The translations under genes were made by a program, and so were the position numbers. From Rebecca billardiae RCC1528 (lineage: Eukaryota; Protista; Haptophyta), in NCBI GenBank assembly GCA_965240325.2, contig OZ251224.1, positions 3,782,001-3,846,000 on the forward strand: a stretch of DNA of 64,000 nucleotides, read 5' to 3'. Each line of letters begins with the position of its first letter. Positions within the stretch are counted from its first letter, which is position 1. The notes below the pieces were generated by a model that worked only from the letters and a program-made list of their open reading frames with translations, searched no databases and was not told the origin of the DNA. Shown one piece after another: positions 55,937-64,000 of the stretch.

Positions 55937-57231
55937 ATGTTGCGCTCGTCGCGGAGGACGCTCAGCGCATGCGTCGTCGTCTGGCTCGCAGCTGGGGCGC
56001 AATGTGCGCGCGTGTCGCTCCGTGCACCGCCGCGCACGCTGGTGCCACGCCCTGCGCGCGCTGCCGCGCGCGCTGGCCGTGTGCCCAGCTGCGCAGCTGG
56101 TCTGCGCTGCCGGCGCGACTCGTCATGCCTGGCAACCATGTCGTCGATCCAGTCGCCAATGGATGACGACCCACTCGACCTCAAGCTCTCGGAAGGGTTC
56201 GAGGCGCCCCTCGGCCGATTCGACGGTCGCGCCCTCAACAAGTACCTGAACGTTGCCGTGATCGTGACCATCCTGTGCGCGATGGTGGGCAAGGTGATCA
56301 CTGTCGACGCAGAGATCAGCCGCGGGTGGACCACGTTCGAGATCATCACGCGGCTCGTCCCCGACAACTGGAGCGGCTACTCCGACTTCCTGCAGGAGCA
56401 GCCGGTGCTCACCAAGGCCTGCACCTCGGGCTTTGTGTACACGCTCGGCGACTGCATCGCGCAGTCGACCGAGGGGAAGGGCATCGCGGAGCTCGACCGC
56501 CTGCGTGTGCTCCGCTCGGCGAGCTGCGGCTTCTTCGCGCACGGCCCGCTGAGCCACGTGTGGTACAACGTGGCCGAGAGCATCTTCGACTCCCTGCACA
56601 TGTCGGCGTGGTACTTCACGCCGCTGAAGGTGGCCCTGGACCAGGTGCGTGCTGCACGCCCGGCCCTCCGAGAGCGCGCGCGCGCGCGCGCGCGCCCTCT
56701 CTGGCCGTCCGGCTGCACGCACGCTGGGCCCGCAGTGGCGAGGCGAGGCCCCGCGCGGCATGCCGCCTCACCACGCCGCAACCCTCCCGCCTCGCGCGCA
56801 GCTCACGTGGGGCCCGTTCTGGAACGCGCTGTACATCACACTGCTGCGCTCCTCCACGGGGGAGAGGCCGGCGAAGATTGTGAAGGAGATCCGAGACACG
56901 GCGCTGCCGCTGCTGCGGGATGGCTTCAAGGTGCGCGAGGCTGCGCGGGTGTGCACGGCGTGCCGCGCGGCCTCGTGCGGATCCCGCCGCGCCCGTGTCC
57001 GGCCCACTCACCCGTGCGTGTGTCGCGCGCCGTCCCACCGCCGCTGCTGAATGGCCGCCGCGCGCACAGCTGTGGGTCCCGGCGCACTCGATCACTTACG
57101 GCGTGATCCCGCTGCAGAACCGACTGCTGTGGGTGGACGCCGTGGAGGTGTTGTGGGTGATCATCCTCTCGAGCACGGCCGCAGCATCGCAGAAGGCCAT
57201 GGATGAAGACGAGGCGAAGCAGCAGGGCTGA
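55937..57231 (+). CDS. Mpv17/PMP22 family membrane protein, probably plastid-targeted, ~332 aa
   Basis: Exons 55937-56644, 56802-56930, 57070-57231. Motifs PVLTKACTSGFVYTLGDCIAQ, HGPLSHVWY, KVALDQLTWGP, KLWVPAHSITYGVIP..RLLWVDAVE..W. Confidence 0.92.
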
Positions 57232-57837
57232 CAGACCCGTCCTCATGCCTGAGCTGGCAACAACTCGATCGGCACGTACTCCGGGAAATGCGCGCACGCC
57301 ACACCGCCCGGCGCGCACCGTTGAGATGTGCTCGAGCCAGGCTGCTCCAGGCGGTGCTGCTGCCGGCACCAAGTGTACGTGATCAACCATGTCCCGCAAT
57401 GAGCCACCAAGCGAGCCGCTCCCATTTGGATCGATCTGCGCGTTGGCATCCTCGATCAATCCTGTGATCCCACGCCTGACTCTTGTGCTGCAAGCGACGA
57501 CAGACAAGCCCCTGGCTGGCACGCCTCATCAAGTGCTGAGAGGCTGCGACTCCCCAGGGTCAGGCTCGGCTCGAGCTTGCCTTGCACGCGCGGCTCACAT
57601 GAACCACGGTCATCATCAGTATCGTAGCCTGCGCGCAGACTCTGAGTGATCGACCGGATTATCATTCATCGACTCTCTGATGTCGATGTCAATGTCCGCC
57701 GCGCCGCGTAGTTATCCGGCACTTATCCGCCGGCTGCTGGAACGGTTGGTTGTCTCATGATCATCATCAAGGTTGTCTTGGACCGTTGCCCATCGTCGGC
57801 CCAAAAGTTGCGGAACCAATAACGATGGTGGCCTGAC

Positions 57838-59415
57838 ATGCGCATACGGCTCGGGGTGGTGGCCGCATTGGGGCTGTGCGCGGCGTTCACGCTCGTCGTG
57901 CTGCCTCAGCTCCTCCTCGTCGATCCACTCGATCGTGTCGGCGCGCATGTCGCCATGGAGCGGCAACGTCAGCTCTTTGCTCACAAGGCCGCCAGAGCAC
58001 GCAAGCCGTGGCGGCCAGGCGCTGGCAGGGCAGCCCTGCAACGCCCGGCCGCGCTCGCAACCTCCGCGGTGCCGGTGGAGCCGTCGGCCACGATGTCGTC
58101 ATCGCCCCCGCCGTCCCAGGTGGCGCTCTCTCCGCAGTCCGCGGCGGCGTCCCAGGCTGCGCTGCGAGCAGAGCCGATTGCTGCCAGCCCGGCCGCTGAC
58201 CCGGCTGCGCCGAATCCTCGCGCCGAGGAGGTGTCGAGGTGGCGCGTGGCCGTGGCCGCAGTTGTGCGCGCCGATGGCGACGCGTTGCTCGAGTGGGTCG
58301 AGTACCATCGTCTCCTCGGCGTGGGCCACTTCTTTCTCATGTCCAACGACTGCACCGACAGCGGGGACGACTCGCTCCGAGACTTGAGGCCACACATAGA
58401 GGCGGGCGTCGTGGAGGTGGGCTGGGAGTACTGGTGCACGCCGCGGAGCAGGGTGGACGAGGACGAGGCGCGCTCGAGGCTCGGGCGCTGGGCCGCCAAC
58501 TCCTCCGCGTGGCTGGCCTTCCTCGCCGCCGACGAGTTCCTCGTCGTGCGCGAGCACAGCCAGCTCGTCGGCGACGTGCTCGACGCATTCCCTGGCTTCG
58601 ATGCCGTGGCCGCGCCGGTGCGCGTCTTCGGCAGCTCGGGGTTCCGCAGCCGGCCGAACGGCTCGGTCGTGGCGAACTACGTGCTCCATGCCTCGCCGCG
58701 CGCGCCGCTCGTGCGCGCGCTCGCCACGCCCGTCGTCCGCCCAACGGAGTGCCTGCGCATTGCCAAGGGGCAGTGCGGACGCTTCAGGTGCCAGGCCGAT
58801 GCGGCCACGGCTGACGGCGCCGTGCCACGGCCACGGCCGCACTGCGGTTGCACAGTGTCAGCGGACAAGCGGCGGTGCGTCAACGACGCGGCCTCGTCCG
58901 CCGTGCCCGCGGCTGAGCCCAGCGCCTCGCCGCTCTGGGTGAACAAGTACCTCACCAAGAGCGAAGCGGAGTGGAAGCGGCGGCAGGAGCGCGGGTTAGT
59001 GCCGTCGCGCTGGCTCGAGCTCGCGTCGTCGCAGGCGCTCTCGGAGCAGCCCGACTACCACGCGGTCCAAAGCGTGCGGCTGCGGCTGCAGCGCCTGAAA
59101 GCAGCGCGCGCAGCGGCTTCTGCGCCGGGTGACGCCGGCGCTGAGGATGCCGCACGCGCGGAGGACTTCCTCCGCCAGCTCTTGCTCAGCAGGGATGTGC
59201 ACGCGCCCCAGGACGGGAGCGCGCGACGTGCGACGTCGGCCGCTGCATCGTCGAGCGCTGGTGCCGCAAGCGCAGGCGGCGCCGCCTCCACATTTTACGG
59301 CGACGACCTCGTGCGCGATCACACAGGTAAGCTTCGCAAAGCGACCTGGCGCGAGAAGGTACGGCGTGCACAGCACGAGCACCTCAACGCCGCTCGTAAG
59401 CACGAGACGAAATAA
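57838..59415 (+). CDS. Type II membrane glycosyltransferase-like protein (GT92/DUF23 or GT2-related)
   Basis: N-terminal TM and stem, then LLEWVEYHRLLGVGHFFLMSNDCTD, WLAFLAADEFL, VFGSSG and VNKYLTKSEAEW. Confidence 0.8.
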   Translation: MRIRLGVVAALGLCAAFTLVVLPQLLLVDPLDRVGAHVAMERQRQLFAHKAARARKPWRPGAGRAALQRPAALATSAVPVEPSATMSSSPPPSQVALSPQSAAASQAALRAEPIAASPAADPAAPNPRAEEVSRWRVAVAAVVRADGDALLEWVEYHRLLGVGHFFLMSNDCTDSGDDSLRDLRPHIEAGVVEVGWEYWCTPRSRVDEDEARSRLGRWAANSSAWLAFLAADEFLVVREHSQLVGDVLDAFPGFDAVAAPVRVFGSSGFRSRPNGSVVANYVLHASPRAPLVRALATPVVRPTECLRIAKGQCGRFRCQADAATADGAVPRPRPHCGCTVSADKRRCVNDAASSAVPAAEPSASPLWVNKYLTKSEAEWKRRQERGLVPSRWLELASSQALSEQPDYHAVQSVRLRLQRLKAARAAASAPGDAGAEDAARAEDFLRQLLLSRDVHAPQDGSARRATSAAASSSAGAASAGGAASTFYGDDLVRDHTGKLRKATWREKVRRAQHEHLNAARKHETK

Positions 59416-60508
59416 AGCTGATGCATAGTTCCCGCGATGCCAACCGCCCTGGCATAGTACAGTTGACTAAACATAAAAGAGCCGCACATGCGCAGCTCAG
59501 GCAGGAGAGATTAGCGCATGCATATAGAGAGAGAGAGAGAGTCCATATATATATTGCGCTGTTTCGGCTGTATATATGTCTAGTAAGTACTAGCAAGTAG
59601 TAGTAGGTACGGCGGTATCGGATTTCACGTCTACTGAAAGTAACCGGACACCTTACGGGTCGTATGTAACTATGACGGCGCTTCGGACAGGTAGTCTGGC
59701 CCCGATTCATCGGACCACATCAGATTCAGTGTCGTCGGCATCATGCAGTGCTCGATATCTTCATTCGAAAGTCAGACGGCCGTCTCAGCCGCTGGGGCCT
59801 GACGGGTTGTCCGGCGGTTATGTGGTCGTCCGCCCGTGTGCCCCTGCGCGGCCGCGTGCGCGCTTGCAGCTCTGCTCAGCTGGCTGGCTGGCGGCGGCTG
59901 GCGCTGCTGTGGCGCGCAGGGTACTCGCTTTGCACTCGTCTGCTGCTCATGCTGCGCATCCTCGTCGTCCGAGTCGTCGTCCATGGACGAGTCTCGGTCC
60001 GCCATACTGTACTGTAGCTTACAGTCTCCTGTAGTTGCGGCGAGTAGCGCATCATGCAAGGTTATGATTAGACATATTCATCATTTCATTCATCATGAAT
60101 AATCAGCGCATCATGAGCTGCGGACTGCGGTGTTTCAATGTAAACTTCGGCACTACCAGTATGCGACCATAGCATCAGATCCATCATCAGCATCACTGAT
60201 GAGGGCTCTCGTCACGACTTCCTCGTGGCAGCGCGTCTCACAGACCGACCATGTACTACACTATACCATACACGAGCGCACTTTACAAGCTGCTGATTGC
60301 CTGATCACAGTATGATGATCGAATATATCTGTCACCCGAAGACATCCCGCTCGAGAGCTTTCCGACGCCGACGGCAGGGCCGCCTCATTTTCCGGAGCCT
60401 TTGTGTGATCGACACTGCATGCGCCTCTCGTCGGGCTTGTCCTTGGAGAAATCTCTCGTCTTGGCTAGATCTCAGAGAACTCAGAATCACTGTAGTAAGG
60501 TGCTTGAT

Positions 60509-60943
60509 TCACCATGGCTCGGTCTCGCCCAGCTCTCGCAGGGAGGCGAATGCGCGCGCAAAGTCGCCTGAGTACAAGCTTCCTTTCAGGCAGCGCTTGC
60601 AGGCGTCGAGGCAGTTGAACGATCGTGTGAGCACTTCGAAAGACACGTCATCCTCGACAAGTACGTTTGCCGTGATGCCCATGACTCCATCGACAATGGT
60701 TCGCGCCAGATCGCCATCCCTCTTGGCCAGCTCAGCGATGACCAGCGTGAAACGTTGCGGCTGAGGCGTGCGGAGGAGATGCCAGCCTAGCCAGCCATCG
60801 CGAGCAAGCTCGTACGTGAGATGATCGGAGGCAGGCGAGGGCAGGACAGTGTTGGCGATCTCTTTCGGCGCGCTGTGCGCCTCGCAGATGGCACGGTCGA
60901 TTCGCTGCAGGACCTCGCGGGCTATCTCCTGCGTCAGCGCCAT
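60509..60943 (-). CDS. Possible small hypothetical protein (~144 aa)
   Basis: Normal-complexity, helical-looking ORF from MALTQEIAREVL, divergent from the TPR gene. No recognised motif. Confidence 0.35.
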   Translation of the reverse strand: MALTQEIAREVLQRIDRAICEAHSAPKEIANTVLPSPASDHLTYELARDGWLGWHLLRTPQPQRFTLVIAELAKRDGDLARTIVDGVMGITANVLVEDDVSFEVLTRSFNCLDACKRCLKGSLYSGDFARAFASLRELGETEPW

Positions 60944-61147
60944 TTCCTTCACGGGGACGGCGCGGGGCGCGGCCGCGCGGCCGAGGACGACCGTTGCAGT
61001 ACTACCTACTGTGGCGGTGTCCGCAGCTGTCCGGCCTGGGCAGTACTTGTCAACTTGTTGGATGGCGTCAATCATGCACGCCTTCGATGAGTGACCAAGA
61101 CGTGTGTACATTCTCCGGACTCCCATCAGCCCTTGTGCATCCGGATC

Positions 61148-62239
61148 ATGGTGACGTACGTGCTCGTGCCGGCTGACGAGACGCAGCCCGTGCAGGAGCT
61201 CGACTTCAAGGAGGACCCGAATGACGCGATCGGCGGCTTCACAAAGGAGCTCAACGCGCACTACTCCCGTGCCGGCGCTCAGGTCGACGTCTCCGTGCTG
61301 CGCGACCAGGTGCAAGCGCACATGCAGAAGCAAAAGGCTGGCGAGGCAGCCGCTGGCGCACCGCAGCTGGACACCTCAGTACTCACGCAGTTCGCGCAGA
61401 GCCAGACGGTTGACATCGTGCCACTCATGCCCGCGCTCCCCACGAACGGGTGGACAGGCGTCAACATGTACGTTGACGACAAGGGTATCGCCAAGAACCT
61501 GCCAGTGAACCGCCGCGCAAGCGCGATGACGCATGCATGCGGCTGCCCGACAGAGGTGCGCGGCGACGCCTTTGTGTCGCGGCTGGCGGACGACCAGGAG
61601 GATCTCTTCGAGCGCAGGGCCTTTGGCGTGTCCGAGCTGTCGGCGGATGCGGCCTGGGCGCGCAGCGCGCAACAGTACAATGTAGAGCGCTTGGCCCGAG
61701 GGCCGCAGCAGATCCCCGCCGGGTGGATGGGCAAAGGGGGCGCCGGCGCGTCGGCTGCTCCTCCGCCGGACCCCGAGGAGCAGTTGAAGCTTGCTGCAGA
61801 GCACCGCGCGGCCGGCACGGCCGCCTTCAAGGCGTCGCAGTACGCGGACGCAGCCGGGCGGTACAAGCTCGCGCTGGACGCGCTCGCCAGCGTGAACGAT
61901 CCCGCACACGCCGCAGCGGCCGCCGCGGAGAAGGTGCCCATCAACCTCAACATGGCGTCGGCCCACCTGCAGCTCGAGCAGCCCTTCGAAGCGATCGCCG
62001 CGTGCGATCGTGCGCTCGAGCTCGAAGAGAAGTCCGTGAAGGCGTGGTACCGTCGCGGGCAGGCGTGCATGCGAATCCACCAGTACAAGACGGCGCGCAA
62101 GAACCTTGTGCGCGCGGCAGAGCTTGAGCCACAAAACCGTGAGATTCGCCGCGAGCTGGAGCGCTGCGCCGCCGAGGCGCAGCAGCATGCCGCACAATTG
62201 CTCTCCGGTGAGCAGGCGAGCGGGGCGGATGGGAGCTGA
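61148..62239 (+). CDS. TPR-repeat protein (FKBP/Cyp40-type co-chaperone TPRs) with uncharacterised N-terminal domain
   Basis: GTAAFKASQYADAAGRYKLAL, INLNMASAHLQL...AIAACDRALEL, KAWYRRGQA...AAELEPQNREIRREL. N-terminal domain has MYVDDKG...LPVNRRAS...VRGDAFV. Confidence 0.88.
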   Translation: MVTYVLVPADETQPVQELDFKEDPNDAIGGFTKELNAHYSRAGAQVDVSVLRDQVQAHMQKQKAGEAAAGAPQLDTSVLTQFAQSQTVDIVPLMPALPTNGWTGVNMYVDDKGIAKNLPVNRRASAMTHACGCPTEVRGDAFVSRLADDQEDLFERRAFGVSELSADAAWARSAQQYNVERLARGPQQIPAGWMGKGGAGASAAPPPDPEEQLKLAAEHRAAGTAAFKASQYADAAGRYKLALDALASVNDPAHAAAAAAEKVPINLNMASAHLQLEQPFEAIAACDRALELEEKSVKAWYRRGQACMRIHQYKTARKNLVRAAELEPQNREIRRELERCAAEAQQHAAQLLSGEQASGADGS

Positions 62240-63014
62240 TGCCGCTACGCAGCAGGGCTCCCGCCGCGCGATAGTACAGGCAGCAAGATTTTGCGGGCAA
62301 TATGGAGCTGGATTATCACGCGTTAAGAAACTGCTGCTGGGGCTTATTGCTATCTGCGGATCTGGCCTAGAAAGTGAGACTAGCGATTGGCTGGTTCGCT
62401 ATAGCTACGCATAGGCGCACATCACTATTATATAAGAAACCGGGACTAACTATGCCGGTCACGGCTGTGACATGCACGGTGGACAGACTGTGGACTGGCG
62501 GCCCGCCGAGCAGCCGCCCAGTGCCCGTGGGCGTGGGACGCGACGCGCGGCCCGACTTGAGCTACGAGTGACACGAGTCTCAGGCCAAGGCCAAGCCTCC
62601 CGCCGACTTCTCCTGACTTGACTGACTCCTGACCAGCAGTGCATGCACCGCGCGGCATCCATCTGAATGCAACATCATCATGCCAGATTGAGATTTCGGC
62701 TCCAAAATGGCCCAATTGTTTTTCTTCGGCCGACGAGGGTCATCAGCGCCGGACGGGCCTAAAGACTGAGCGGGGGCCCTTGTGCGCTCTGTCCCCCTGC
62801 GCCCCGGCGGCCCCGCGCAGGCCTGCGCGGCAGGCGGCGGCCCCGCGCGTGGTCCTAGCTGCTAAGAAATTGCTGCAAGAGTGACTGACTCCGGGTGAGG
62901 CGCTCTGGCGCTACCGAACCGGGGCAATGGCTAAGAACTACCGAGACTCAGCGCGCCTCAGGAGTGAAGGGTGAGGTTGCTGGGCCTGGCCGATCGCAGT
63001 CTCAGTGCGGACTC

Positions 63015-63998
63015 TTACACTTTACCGTCTCTACCAACCAACGGTTGCGGTGACGACGACGATGCAGCTTCTGCTTCTGCTGCTACCGAGCAACGGTACG
63101 CGACCTCGTCCGTGATGGGTGTAGGCATTTGCCATGTGCGCGTGCCACGGCGGCGGAAGACTTCGTGCATGCGCTGTTGGAAGCGCTCACGCACGCCTGT
63201 TTCGAGCTCGGCCATGCGAGCTGCGTGTACCGCCTCGAGCTTCGAGATGTGTGCCGCAAGCAGCGTTGGGGCTGCATCAGCACCAACAGCGTGCACAAGC
63301 ATCCGGAAGATATTGAACGCGCCCTTCAGCACGTCGTCCTCGTAGTCAAAAAGGTCGTCGGCGATATCCGTGAGCAGCTCGTCAGCGTGCAGGAAAGCCA
63401 CCGTGCGCTCGTCCACTTCGACACCACGAAGCTTGTACACAAGCAAATTCAGCACACGATAGTCGAAGGACTTGAGAGCGCTCGCGTGGAGGACCTCGTC
63501 CGCAGTCATGCCTCGCCCACCCGACACTCGGCCACACAGCGCCCTCTCCAGTGCCCAGAACTGTCGCCCACGCGCCAGCTCGCTCTCGATCCGCTCGTCG
63601 AGGAGACCCCTTGCCTCGAGGACGCCCAAAAGGACGGCGTTCGAGTCTGACGTGTCCTGCCGGATGCTGTCCTGCCCCGCGGCGAGCGAGGCTGCCATGC
63701 TTTCGTTCTCTTCGTCCATGGCGTAGATGAGCGCCTCCACGAAAGCTAGCTCGGGCAGGTATCGCACGATGTCTACACCTTCGAGGCCGTGCAGCGGCAG
63801 GTAGGTGCGCGCAAAGTCATCGAGGGTGCCACGGGTGCGCTCGAGCGACGCAAAAGCGATCACAGGCGTACCCATCACTTTGGCGGCAGCACATTCGCAC
63901 ACGGAGTCGCGAAGCTCGCCTGTGAGATGTGTAGACGCCTTGAAGGCCGGCAGGTCCGCCGCGGCATCGGAGATGATCGCGTCGGCCTCGTGCTGAGC
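63015..63998 (-). CDS. Conserved hypothetical protein, possibly isoprenoid-synthase fold; 5' end beyond the window
   Basis: Frame open to the window edge. Motifs KSFDYRVLNLL and Asp-rich DIADDLFDYEDDV..FNIFRM. Confidence 0.7.
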   Translation of the reverse strand, partial: AQHEADAIISDAAADLPAFKASTHLTGELRDSVCECAAAKVMGTPVIAFASLERTRGTLDDFARTYLPLHGLEGVDIVRYLPELAFVEALIYAMDEENESMAASLAAGQDSIRQDTSDSNAVLLGVLEARGLLDERIESELARGRQFWALERALCGRVSGGRGMTADEVLHASALKSFDYRVLNLLVYKLRGVEVDERTVAFLHADELLTDIADDLFDYEDDVLKGAFNIFRMLVHAVGADAAPTLLAAHISKLEAVHAARMAELETGVRERFQQRMHEVFRRRGTRTWQMPTPITDEVAYRCSVAAEAEAASSSSPQPLVGRDGKV

Positions 63999-64000
63999 GA

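Noticed and set aside
59700-60100. Short acidic/Gln-rich ORF fragment
   Set aside because: Too short and low-complexity; no supportable gene model.

Overview
Very GC-rich eukaryotic nuclear DNA with short GT(GCG)...(G)CAG spliceosomal introns and several signal-peptide-bearing, plastid-type proteins. This fits an alga with a complex plastid, possibly a Pavlovales-like haptophyte (inference only). About 15 protein genes can be supported: a multi-GAF protein, an SnRK1/MARK-like kinase, a signal-peptide/mitochondrial-carrier chimera, a ~4965-aa RCC1 + Ser-Pro stalk + REJ + GPS polycystin-1-like receptor, a CYP38-like cyclophilin, a single-TM plastid-type protein, an MFS transporter, a long-chain acyl-CoA synthetase, an NDUFA9-like SDR, a nitroreductase/polysaccharide-pyruvyltransferase fusion, an EDR2-like PH-START-DUF1336 protein, an Mpv17/PMP22 protein, a GT92-like glycosyltransferase, a TPR protein and a truncated isoprenoid-synthase-like ORF. 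The intergenic DNA holds three kinds of non-autonomous mobile element found by eye. (1) A 666-bp TG...CA element with a 5-bp TSD whose two 96-bp terminal repeats are perfect palindromes and overlap tRNA-like A/B boxes. (2) Three Helentron/DINE-1-like elements with shared ends but unrelated interiors. (3) A TA-flanked Tc1/mariner-type MITE just upstream of the giant receptor gene. Most other long ORFs in the track are GC-driven shadows. All family assignments come from motif recognition, not database searches.
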